Positions 42,601 to 58,490 of a stretch of 64,000 nucleotides of DNA are shown here, piece after piece. The position numbers were made by a program, and so were the translations under genes. The DNA is from the human T2T-CHM13v2.0 reference genome, Homo sapiens. Under the pieces are notes generated by a model that ran no database searches, had not been told where the DNA came from, and worked only from the letters and a program-made list of their open reading frames with translations. How positions within the stretch are numbered: the first letter of the stretch is position 1; each line of letters begins with the position of its first letter. Location: NCBI RefSeq assembly GCF_009914755.1, contig NC_060926.1. One strand, written 5' to 3'.

Positions 42601-43289
42601 TCTAATTTTTAACAAAGTCCTTTTTATTTTTATCTTTAATTGACTCCAAATCTCTCTTTTAGGATGTCCAACCCATTGCCCTTGGCTCATTATATATGAC
42701 AGTACTCTTCTAAGTCCGGGAACACACAATCAGCTCGTATTGAATTTGTCAAAGAAAACTTCGGGAATTATAATAAGTAGTTATTATATTGCTTACTGAC
42801 TTGATTAATGAAAGCAAATTTCTGGAGAAATCATGCTTTCTACACACCTCCAGGATGGTATAAGACAATCTTGCATGAATACATTAATTAACTACTTAGG
42901 GAATTTTCTAACTGATTATGGTTTATTTTACTTACTCTCTGGTTGGCAGTTCCTGAGGCACTTATGTAAATAAGCAAAGGAAATGGTCAGGGGAATTACT
43001 TATATTTTGCCTCCGCCTGTGATGTTCTGTGATGTTTTAGGTACAGGAATGAAGATGAAAAAAAATTGTGAAGGCTAGTTTGGCTCCCAAGACATAGCAC
43101 TGAACTATGACGAACAAAAGGAACATTACAAGGTGGAGTTTTGATAAAAGTGGGATTCCTAGAAGAAGCAGATAGTAGTATGTGACTGTTGTGAAAAACG
43201 TTTGAGGGGTAAGTTGAGGTAAAATTGATAGAAGACCTTAAATGGTAGAAGAGGAACTCAGATATCTTTTTATGAGCATGGAAAACACA

Positions 43290-43680
43290 TTCTAGATGTG
43301 TCAGTGAGAATAGGCCAAGTTAAGGTGAACCAAAATCTTTCAAATTTCAAAGTTTTGATGCAGCAGATGCCTTCTTAATTCATTTTCCATGACCAATATT
43401 GGTTGGTAAGGGCTCTGCTCATCACAGTTGCTCAGTGTAGTCTTATGTCCTCAACTCATGTTCCTGCAATCAGTGGGAGAAGGAAATATGGCCCATAATG
43501 CACTTGTCCCCCAGAGCTTCCTCCAGAAAGTGTCAAACATTTCCTCTGTTCACATTGTGTTAGCCAAAGCAGGTCACATTGCCATGCCGAAGTTAAAAGG
43601 GCACAAGGACATCAAATCTTAACCATGGTGCAAAAAGAGAACACAAACATTTCCGAATAGTTCTAGTAACTTTCACTTCA
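43290..43680 (-). mobile_element. Old MaLR LTR (MLT1K/L-like)
   Basis: GCTCTGCTCATCACAGTTGCTCAG, TTCACATTGTGTTAGCCAAAGCAGGTCACATTGCCATGCC. Confidence 0.6.
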
Positions 43681-43959
43681 GAGCACAAGAGATAAATTAT
43701 GGGGAAAAAAATAAGGCCAATGGTGGTGCACAGTTATGTATGCACACCTGTATTCCTGAGGCATGTATAATGGTTGAATTCTAAAGGCTGAGTGATTTTG
43801 AAAAGGCATAGTTTGTTTAAAATTTTAGAGGGATTTACTAAAGCCATTATTTCATCCTATTTTCTGCATGTTGTCTGTCTCTGGATCTTTTTTTCAAGTT
43901 CTCTGGCTTCCCCTATATTGATGAGTTATGTTGGAGTGATATGGAGAAGGGGCTTTAAT

Positions 43960-44250
43960 GACCACTTTTAAGGTTCCCTCTTTGTGTCAGTTGTGCTCAA
44001 TATTTGTATTAATGACTTGTATTAAGTAGAGAAAAGAGAGAAGGGTGAGGGGAGGTCTGATGCTGACTAAATCTATGTAACGCAAAAGACTGGCTCAGAG
44101 AGTTAATACAGCACAAAATTCAAATTGATCTTGATGGGACATGTATGCCTACGGTTAAACTTAGCAAGAAAGTATAGCTCTGTATTTAGATGTTTTGTAA
44201 ATCACCTATATGTGCAGATATTTGGGAATATCTGACTTGAAATCAGTGAT
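43960..44250 (+). mobile_element. L3/CR1 RT-region relic
   Basis: CAATATTTGTATTAATGACTTG...ATGCTGACTAAAT...AAAATTCAAATTGATCTTGA resembles CR1 ORF2. Confidence 0.5.
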
Positions 44251-44729
44251 TCTAAATCCTCCTCAGAGCCATCATGTTGTTACAAGTAATAGAAGACAAT
44301 AAGGTGATTTGGCAATCTAAAAAAACAATACTTTCTTGATTAATGAATTTGACCCAAATGTTGCAGATTCTGGCATTAGTGGGTACTCAAAAACATGTAT
44401 CAAACAAATGAATAAATGAATTAAAACAAGGACAAGTATTTCCTAGGTTTCCAAACGTAACACACTCATGTTTAAGGGCAGTTAAAGTTCCTTCCTTCTA
44501 TAGGAGGAACTCAGTTTTGTTCTAAATAACCAAAGGCCACACAGACAACATATTTCTATTTGTGCTGATTTAAAGTGTTGAAAAAAGTGAAATGCACCAA
44601 GATAACAAGCAAACTAATGAGATGGTAAACTGGGGTCATTATAAGACCCAATTAATTTGATCCAGAAATTCTTGGTCAGAGACTTGATTGTTTGGACACC
44701 TCCTTGTGATATGTGGAATCAAAATTTGG

Positions 44730-45025
44730 GAAGCAGCAACACAGTGGGCAAAAGGGCTCTGACTTAGGAATCATGGAATTGGGCCTAGGCTTTATCATTT
44801 ACTCACCTTAGGACCCCGGGCAAGGCATCTACTCCCTGTAACTGAAGTTACTAAATTAGCCCTAGCTAACTTAGGTTATTAAGTTTATCTATAGGCAAAG
44901 GCTTGAAATGTGTAGATTGGGGTGAAGCCTGCCCTGCCAACCTCACAGAGCAGTGGTGGGAGCTAAGTGAGATAATGTACAGGAAAGCACTGGGTAAATT
45001 GCAAAGCCTTTTACAAAGATAGGAA
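44730..45025 (+). mobile_element. MIR
   Basis: ACAGTGGGCAAAAGGGCTCTGACTTAGGAATCA...AAGTGAGATAATGTACAGGAAAGCACT. Confidence 0.7.
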
Positions 45026-45359
45026 GCATTATGAAGACATTTTCCAAATGGCCTCAAGAAACTGATTTGGTTGTGCAACATAAACATACCACTGGGAGGC
45101 CGCAGTTACCAGAGTCTCTATCAGAGACTTTTCAAAATAAATGCAGTGACTCAAATGTGTTTCCAGATGATGCTTTGAGGATTACTAACAGAGCAGCTAT
45201 TACAAAGCAGTCAGACCCACCGGCTCATGCATGCCCTAATCCTATTATAAGACAGACCAGATACCACTTATTTTGCTATGTCAACCTTCCTTTGACTGAT
45301 AGTAACAATTGTTAGGCCTGTTATAAAAGGCAGGCTGAACAGTGGGAAGGCATTTCACA

Positions 45360-45370
45360 GTGAGTCAGCA
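45360..45370 (+). promoter_or_regulatory. ARE/MARE (NRF2/BACH/NFE2-sMAF) motif
   Basis: GTGAGTCAGCA matches RTGASTCAGCA and has an AT-rich 3' flank; AP-1 site TGACTCA at 45147-45153. Confidence 0.5.
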
Positions 45371-45842
45371 ATTATAGCCTTGCAAATTCTAATTGTCTAC
45401 ACCTTCAGGGTGTAGACAGTTGTGTCACTTTCTATGTATATCCTGAAATGAGTGAAATAAAACTGAAAACCTAAGTGATATAGGAATACACAGGTACAGA
45501 ACATCACTGGACAACTCCCATCAAGTTGAATATTATATACTGAGAAAACAGGTAGGAAGGTGATGTGTGCAATATATGTCTGTTTCCATTAAGAAACTGA
45601 GGTCCAAGCTAGTTACAAGGAAACGGGTCAAACCAGAAAGTGTAACAGCTTAATCCATAAGCAGGTATGCAGGTCTGTGTAAATACGGGATGGATTTTTC
45701 TTGTGAAGTGGGTCTGAGGATTTTTATGTTTCCCTCTATTTCAAAGTAGCCTTCTGGGTATAGGGAAGTTCTCTAGCCTGTGTGGGCTGCTCTCTGGAGT
45801 GAGCAGGTTTGGCAACCCTGAGGAAAATGAAAGTTCTCTAAG

Positions 45843-46007
45843 GTAGCACTTCTCAAATATTAATGTGCATATACATCACCTGGGCATCTTATTAAAATGC
45901 AGATTTTATTCAGTACGTCTGGGCTGGGGCCTGATATCTGCATTTGTAACAAGCTCCAAGGTGATGCCCATATGGCTGGTTTACAGCCCCCTCTTGGAGT
46001 AGCAAGG
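45843..46007. mobile_element. MER5-family hAT MITE
   Basis: CTTCTCAAA...ATCACCTGGGCATCTTATTAAAATGCAGATT...CTGCATTTGTAACAAGCTCC...GAGTAGCAAGG. Confidence 0.8.
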
Positions 46008-48336
46008 GAGCTGTCATAATTCCAGTTCTAGCACAGAGGTGTAAGGCAGACTTGGTTTATTCCTCTCTCTCTCTCTCTTTTTCTCTCCCTAGTCTCACTT
46101 TATCACTCTATCTTTGATACAACTGAAAATAGTCCTGAAGTCTTAACAAGAAGGAATATGAATGGGCTGAATCACGTATTAATCACTTCAGCCCTTGCCG
46201 ACCACCCAGTTCTCAGGGGCAAGGAACTACCAGTTCTGAGACCCTTCTTGTTCATGGAAAGGTGACTGTGCTATTCCAGCAGCACAAGAAACATTGAACC
46301 TCAGAAAGTGCCCCTAAGTTCAGAAAAACTCACTATTTAAGATGTAATCATCCTAATATCACTGTTTTGGAGGAGAAATAAAATTCCTGGTTAAGCTAGA
46401 GTTGATAAGTATAACCAATAATAATAATACTTGTTGTTTATTCAGGGCTCATTCTCTGCTATGTGTTTTACTGAAATCATCTTATTAAACCCATATATGA
46501 TTCCTACAAGGCAGACACCATGTAGTTATCTACATTTTATGAGTGAGACGTCTGAGCCTGGAATTAAAGCCCAGCCTCCGAACCTCACTGCTACCCTTCC
46601 TGTTGACATGACCAGGCCACCTTTTAGCCTAAGGCTGTCTTGTCCCTTATTGGTTATTTGCATGACTAAATACTATGGGTTTAGCATATGTTTGTGGAAT
46701 TAGTGGGAGTAGACATATTTATTCAACAAGTCTATAATGTATCTTTAAATATAAGCTATTATATTGGGAATAAATATAATATACTTTCTGTTGTTTGTTT
46801 CTTCTTTAAAAAAATATTTGCCTCAAATAGGTACTGTGGTTATTATTTTGGTTTTGTTTTAAATCAAGAAGGATTATATGCACATAGATGCTCAATTGGT
46901 ATTTGTTCACTTATGGGAGAAAAAGAAAGAAAGAAGGATTGAAAGGTGAAGTTGTTCAGCAAAGCAAGAGTTGTCACTTGGGACACTTTATCTTTAGAAG
47001 AAGAAGAACACTCAACATGTTTGAAAGACCCTGAGACTTTGGCTTAAATCGCTGTTAACTGAGACCTACAGCTCTTCTGTTAGTGTTTCTTTCCTGTCAG
47101 ACAGAGGTTTCTGTGCATATGACGTTCCTACTCCTGCTTGGAAATTTATAATAGACAACAGCAAATTGGAGAGTGTGATCAGTGGAGGGGAAAATAAACC
47201 CATTTCACTGTGTTTAGCTCAGTGTTTCCCATCCTGATTACACCAGACAAACATTCATGCGTGGAAGACCTATTATCCTCTCCAGGAGGCCCATGAAAAG
47301 TTCTTTGGCGTGTACCACTTTAGAGGAACTACTTCCCCCTCCTTAGCTGGTTTTTCTGAACCTAATTTTCCTGGTGGGGGCTTCCTGTAAATTCTGGATC
47401 TCACAGTGTGTGCCAGTTTTTAAAATGGAATCTTCTAGAATTGTGGGAGCAAAAGTGGGAAGGTTGTTGGAAAATGTAGAGCTAGACGCTAAAGACAATC
47501 TATATTCTCACTTTCATTGAGGGCTTCTCTGGAAGCCAAAGAAAGGAGTCCCTAATAAAGCAAAGACATAAGTCAAAGGAAAACCAGGGTCTTAGAATCT
47601 CGGTTTCTTCTTTAGTGCCCTCCCCTTACAACCTGCGCTCCCTTTTGCATTTTGGGGGTTCTCTGGCCTGTATGCTAAACTTGACCTTGAAAGCTCTCTC
47701 TTCCTTCCAACCAATTACGCTCATAGATACTTTTTTTTTTATTTTAACGGTTTCACTTCTTTCACCATAGTGAAATAAAAGAAACAACAAAATGCAAAAA
47801 AAATTAGTAAAATTAGATTAAGAAATTTATCTAGCGGTGAGCTTGACCTGTAGTTTCTGACTCAGTTTTGCAGTGAAAGCATCATTTGGCCTCACCCACT
47901 GCCTTCACTATGAGTATTGTCAGCAACTTACCACCCCATTCTGCTTTCTCATCAGACCTTGCTTTAGGGAAGATCCAAGGGACTCTTTTCCCAGTGTCCT
48001 CATCTTGCCAGCCAGCAGCTACAAACTTTACCAAATGAACAAAGAAATTATTTTGTGTCAAGTGAGAAATGTGGCTCTCTAGGGCCCTCCAAGCTGGAGG
48101 ACTTTCATTTCCCCAGCTCTCCCCAGTTCTCTGCCTTTGCCAAGAATGATGCCTTCAGGTGTTTTCTGTCACCCAGTCAGGGTGTTAAAATGTTGGGTCT
48201 CTATAAAACATTGTTGATCTGCCAGGATGTGGGATGTTCATTCAGGGTGTCCTCAAGAGAGGTCTGTCAAATTATAACTTAGAAGTTAAAGTATAGAGAT
48301 GGTGGTGACCATAGTAGAGAAAGAAAGGAAGTTTCA

Positions 48337-48337
<1 letters not shown>

Positions 48338-48393
<56 letters not shown>

Positions 48394-48425
48394 TGTGTAT
48401 GCATGTGTGTGTCTGTGTGTGCATG
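48338..48425. repeat. (CT)n(GT)n microsatellite with degenerate GT extension
   Basis: About 20 pure TG units at 48350-48390. Confidence 0.95.
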
Positions 48426-51422
48426 CCTACATGTGAGTTTTGCTTGTGGAACACACAGTCTGTGTGCTTGTATGTATGTGTTTGCATATGCTCAATGAGT
48501 GCTTGTGCAGGCCCCTGTGGTCAAGAAGACATGACTGAACTAAATAACTAAAGAATAGACAGACAGTCTGCTTCCTGCTACTACAAGCACCATCAAAGGA
48601 ATACAGTACAGTGAACACAGGGCTGTCCTGGACTGAAAAGTCTGGGAAACACTCCCTTTGGGTGCCTCTGGTAAGAATTTGAAAGTTAGCTGTTGTTCAT
48701 TTCTTCTTAGCTTCAGAGCATGAGGACGCTTGTGAAATACGTAGCAAGTGGCTCATGGGGCTCTTTCCAAATTGAGTTAGGATGTGTGTTCAGTTCTTGA
48801 ACCTCATCTTATGCAGTGTGCACTTGTGTGTGAATATGAGCTCAAAATTTCCATAAAAGAAGTTTATATTAGAAAAGGTGGAAGCCTTTTCAGGGATATG
48901 CAAAGATGGAATTGACAACACCATGAGGCTGAAAATAGTCATGTCTAGGTTGGATGATTCCCTGCATGAGTATAGTAGAGGTAATCCAAACATCACATAA
49001 TGAATTGAGCCTGTAAGTCCTTTTCCAAAGCTAAGATTCTAGTTTTTATATGTAGCTCTATCTTTAAGATGCTCTTTCTCATTTTTTTTACATTGGATTT
49101 TCTGGAGAAGATGAAGAGAATGTCAGTAATGGTCACGAGAAGAATTATCAGCAGAGAATGTTTTAAAATTGAAAGTACTATATTGCTTTGTTTAAAATGT
49201 TTGGTCTATTTCATGTCTTCACAGAGATTTGGAATTGTATTAACATATGAGTGTCAGAGAGGTATAGTCTCATCTAAATTTCAGCATTAGACTCCAAGTA
49301 GTTTTAAAGTTTGATTAAACATGCTTATAATAATTAGATTCAAAGCTTTTGGAATTCCAGCAGTTTTTTGAAGGATTCAGCATCTAATGAAGTAAAATAA
49401 ATTGCAGGGCTCTTGGTCAGTGAATAAGCACTTTTGCAGCTAAGAGCTACAATTTATCAATAGGACTCATTACTATTCGACTTGTTTTCTAGCCTTCTTT
49501 GAAGGTTTAAGGGCCATTGTCCACTCACACATCAGGTTTAGTCACAGGCTGTTATGAAAAGACATAATTAGTTTTCCAAGGTCTGCAGGACCAGATTCAG
49601 TTTTGGAAAATGAGCTGATATGATGGTTTGTGCCCTGTCTTATCAGTCAAAAATGCTAAGATGTGTAGGACAGAGAAAGGTTGTAAAAACGATTAGAGAA
49701 TTCTGATGATAGCTGTGGGGATTTGGGCTAGAGCCAGCAGGATACTCTCCGCCTGCAGTCTGGTATAAATCAGGACAAAACTGAACACCTAGGCTAGAGT
49801 TAGGACAGAGTCCCGGGGACCAAGTCAGACTGAAGGGGTATTATGCCAATGACATCAGAAGGAAATGCCAGAAGAGCAAGGTGAGCCTCCCTAGCCTCAT
49901 TTCAGCTGTGAGGTGATGGGATACCAGGAACATTAGAAAAAATGGAGCACGAAATAGTTTCAGGTTTGAGCTTCAAGACAATATTGGACCTATGAAGCCA
50001 AATCAATCAGTTGATTTCAAGAAGAAGGACTGGACAAGACAGGAGCATTTCCTAATCAATTTATGCAAAACCTCTGTGAAACAGGATCCTCTGGCCATCC
50101 AAACTGTTGTTTTAAGTTAAATTTTTGTTTTAATTTTGATGCTCTTAGACATACCCCATGTTTGTTACCTTTGTTTTCTCTTTTTATTAGCCAAAAAGCT
50201 TTCTTGTGCTCAGGAAATGTATCTTATTTACTTTTGTGTCTCTAGCAATCACGACAAATGATCATTATTAATAGATGTGTGTGTAAATTATGGCTCACCT
50301 TGCATTTGAACTGCCTCCACGTTTGCTGGGATTCCCTTTTAGTGGAGTTCCTCTAAGCCTTTCTCTCTTGGGTTTCTCCTCTGGAGACAATTAGACAGTG
50401 GCCTCCTAGAACAAGGCAGTTCAGCCGTTGTAACTCTGCACAGGTGCAAATAAGTAGTTGTATAGCAAATATTTGTCACAAGAATAAACTTGCATTCCTC
50501 ATCAGTAGGAGTCAAAGAGATAGCTCCCTTTGTAGTGAATAGCAAGTAAAAACAATGTTCTAAATTCAGTAGAAAAAAACAGGCATACACCCGTCACCTC
50601 AGTCCTCTCCTTCCCTGTATCTTGAAGCTTTCCCATGTTCTCAAGCTTTCCCTTGAGAATGCGGTTTAAGAATCTGGGTGGATTTTCTTTAGAGTGATGA
50701 AAGGTTTAGGGTAAGAAACTGGCAAGGTGTGTTGACAATTCCTGTTCAGTGACATGAGAAAAGAACTGTTAAGAGCATTGCTTCATTTCAACATATCCTT
50801 TTTCAACATAGAAGACTGCCCATCCCACCCTGCTAACCTTTCCAGGAAGACAAGATCATTGCCATGGTTACAAACTGCTTAATCAATAGTCTGGGAAACA
50901 GTAGCAGCCACTGCTTACTGGCCTAGCTGCTGCCAAGGTCTCTCATTGAGGAGAATGCATCTTCTTCTTCAGCTCCCATTGCCATGACAGCTTCTATTCC
51001 ATCCAGAGGTTCCCTTGGATGGGATAAAATAAACTTAGATGATTTGAAAAACAAGCATTAAGGGTTAGATAGCTTATTGTAAAACTCAAATCTTCATTTA
51101 ATTATACATGCATATTTTATAAACAATTTAAAATGCTAACATGAAGATAAGGATAGAGGCATTTGTTTTAAGTTATTCTTGAAAGAATTGTTTCAATTCT
51201 TTTTTTTTAAATTTTATTATTATACTTTAAGTTTTAGGGTACATGTACACAACATGCAGGTTTGTTACATATGAATACATGTGCCATGTTGGTGTGCCGC
51301 ACCCATTAACTCATCATTTAGCATTAGGTATATCTCCTAGTGCTATCCCCCCTGCTCCCCCAACCCCACAACAGTCCCTGGTGTGTGATGTTCCCCTTCC
51401 TGTGTCCATGTGTTCTCATTGT

Positions 51423-55248
<3,826 letters not shown>

Positions 55249-55311
55249 TATGATGTCAGCAGGTTATTTTGCTCGTTAGTTGATGCAGTTTCTTCCTAGC
55301 CTTGATGGTCT

Positions 55312-56327
55312 TTACAATTTGGCATGTTTTTGAAGTGGCTGGTACCGGTTGTTCCTTTCCATGTTTAGTGCTTCCTTCATGAGCTCTTTTATGGCAGGCC
55401 TGGTGGTGACAAAATCTCTCAGCATTTGCTTGTCTGTGAAGTATTTTATTTCTCCTTCACTTATGAAGCTTAGTTTGCTGGATGTGAAATTCTGGGTTGA
55501 AAATTCTTTTCTTTAAGAATGTTGAATGTTGGCCCCCATTCTTTTCTCGCTTGTAGAGTTTCTGCCGAGAGATCAGCTGTTAGTCTGATGGGCTTCCCTT
55601 TGTGGGTAACCCGACCTTTCTCTCTGGCTGCCCTTAATATTTTTTCCTTCATTTCAACTTTGGTGAATCTGACAATTATGTGTCTTGGAGTTGCTCTTCT
55701 CGAGGAGTATCTTTGTGGCGTTCTCTGTATTTCCTGAATTTGAATGTTGGCCTGCCTTCCTAGATTGGAGAAGTTCTCCTGGATAATATCCCGCAGAGTG
55801 TTTTCCAACTTGGTTCCATTCTGTCCGTCACTTTCAGGTACACCAATCAGATGTAGATTTGGTCTTTTCACAGAGTCCCATATTTCTTGGAGTCTTTGTT
55901 CATTTCTTTTTATTGTTTTTTCTCTAAACTTCTCTTCTCACTTCATTTCATTCATTTCGTCTTCCATCGCTGATACCCTTTCTTCCAGTTGATCGCATTG
56001 CCTACTGAGGCTTATGCATTCGTCACGTAGTTCTCGTGCCATGGTTTTCAGCTCCATCAGGTCCTTTAAGTACTTCTCTGCATTGGTTATTCTAGTTAGC
56101 CATGCACCTAATTTTTTTTCAAGGTTTTTAACTTCTTTGCCATTGGTTCGAACTTCCTCCTTTAGCTCGGAGTAGTTCGATCTTCTGAAACCTTCTTCTC
56201 TCAACCTGTCAAAGTTAGTCTCCATCCAGCTTTGTTCCATTGCTGGTGAGGAGCTGCATTCCTTTGGAGGAGGAGAGGCACTCTGATTTTTAGAGTTTCC
56301 AGTTTTTCTGCTCTGTTTTTTCCTCAT
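55312..56327 (-). pseudogene. L1 ORF1 (RNA-binding chaperone), disrupted
   Basis: MRKKQSRKTGNSKNQSASPPPKE start; premature TGA at 55938-55940 after codon 129 (probable CGA>TGA); frameshift near 55475. Confidence 0.96.
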
Positions 56328-57356
56328 CTTTGTGGTTTTATCTACCTTTGGTCTTTGATGATGGTGACGTACAAATGGGTTTTTGGTGTGGATGTCCTTT
56401 CTGTTTGTTAGTTTTCCTTCTAACAGTCAGGACCCTCAGCTGCAGGTCTGTTGGAGTTTGCTGGAGGTCCACTCCAGACCCTGTTTGCCTGGGTATCAGC
56501 AGCGGTGGCTGCAGAACAGCGGATATTGGTGAACCGCAAATGCTGCTGCCTGATCGTTCCTCTGGAAGTTTTGTCTCAGAGGAGTACCCGGCCATGTGAG
56601 GTGTCAGTCCGCCCCCACGGGGGGGTTGCCTCCCAGTTAGGCTACTCGGGGATCAGGGACCCACTTGAGAGGCAGTATCCCCGTTCTCGGATCTCAAGCT
56701 GCGTGTTGGGAGAACCACTACTCTCTTCAAAGCTGTCAGACAGGGACATTTAAGTCTGCAGAGGTTACTGCTGCCTTTTGTTTGTCTGTGCCCTGCCCTC
56801 AGAGGTGGAGCCTACAGAGGCAGGCAGGCCTCCCCGAGCTGTGGTGGGGTCCACCCAGTTCGAGCTTCCTAGCCGCTTTGTTTACCTACTCAAGCCTCGG
56901 AAATGGCAGGCGCCCCTCCCCCAGCCTCGCTGCTGCCTTGCAGTTTGATCTCAGACTGCTGTGCTAGCAATGAGGGAGGCTTCGTGGGCATAGGACCCTC
57001 TGAGCCAGGTGCGGGTTATAACCTCCTGGTGTGCCGTTTGTTAAGCCTGTTGGAAAAGCGCAGTATTCGGGTGGAAGTAACCCGATTTTCCAGATGCCAT
57101 CTGTCACCCCTTTCTTTGACTAGGAAAGGGAATTCCCTGACCCCTTGCACTTCCCAGGTGAGGCAATTCCTCACCCTGCTTCAGCTCACGCACGGTGCAT
57201 TGCACCCACTGTCCTGCACCCACTGTCCGGCACTCCCCAGTGAGATGAACCCGGTACCTCAGTTGGAAATGCAGAAATCACCCGTCTTCTGCGTGGCTCA
57301 TGCTGGGAGCTGTAGCCTGGAGCTGTTCCTATTCGGCCATCTTGACTCCACCCCCC
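56328..57356 (-). promoter_or_regulatory. L1 5' UTR with sense promoter (YY1 site CAAGATGGCC at 57335-57344) and antisense promoter firing on the + strand
   Basis: Intact 5' terminus and YY1 motif; architecture known for L1PA elements. Confidence 0.8.
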
Positions 57357-57415
57357 GAATTGTTTCAATTCTTATGGTGGTTAAAAAACACAGATTCATT
57401 AAGAATAAGTCCTGA
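56903..57415 (+). CDS. ORF0: L1 ORF0, open and C-terminally extended to 170 aa (putative)
   Basis: MAGAPPPASLLPCSLISDCCASNE...GPSEPG is the ORF0 N-terminus; Kozak context GAAATGG; no stop until 57413-57415, outside the element. Expression unknown. Confidence 0.55.
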   Translation: MAGAPPPASLLPCSLISDCCASNEGGFVGIGPSEPGAGYNLLVCRLLSLLEKRSIRVEVTRFSRCHLSPLSLTRKGNSLTPCTSQVRQFLTLLQLTHGALHPLSCTHCPALPSEMNPVPQLEMQKSPVFCVAHAGSCSLELFLFGHLDSTPRIVSILMVVKKHRFIKNKS

Positions 57416-58039
57416 CTAATTTAGTTAGTTTTCTTTTTCTACCAGTTTTACCATTTACTAGCTGAGTTTTTAGTAGCTTAGTTTTCTGGACCCCAGAAAA
57501 AGCTAATGAGATCTTGGGTTGCATTAATAAGTACAAAGTGGGCAGACCAAGGGAGGAGATAGTCCTGTATCTGCTTAGTTACAACCCTGCATGTTGGAAT
57601 ACATTGATAAACTGGCAGATATAGGAAGAAAGTGAGCAAAGTTGTGTAGTGGTCAGAAATCCTCTCTTGCGAGAAACAATTGAAGCAACCAATTTCATTC
57701 ATCCTGGAGATGAATTTACTTGGGAGAACCATGTTAAATACCTTTGGAGTTTTAAATGACTGGTATGTAGGCAAGGGGCTGAGTATTAATGTAATGTCAG
57801 AAGGCTGAAGAAGTTCCAATGTGGTGTGTGGTCACCAAAATGCAGATTGCAGATCAGTTTAGAGAATTTTCAGCAGGTTCATCTAAACTTCGTATTTCTG
57901 GTGCCTCCATTATAGGAACAATTGCCAAGTTTGCTTATGTTTTTACTCTTTCCTTCAAAAAAAAAAAAAAAACATTTATCAAACTGTGATCTGGAGACAA
58001 CCTGCTACAGATTCACGGGGTGGAGAGATGGAAGATGGA

Positions 58040-58490
<451 letters not shown>

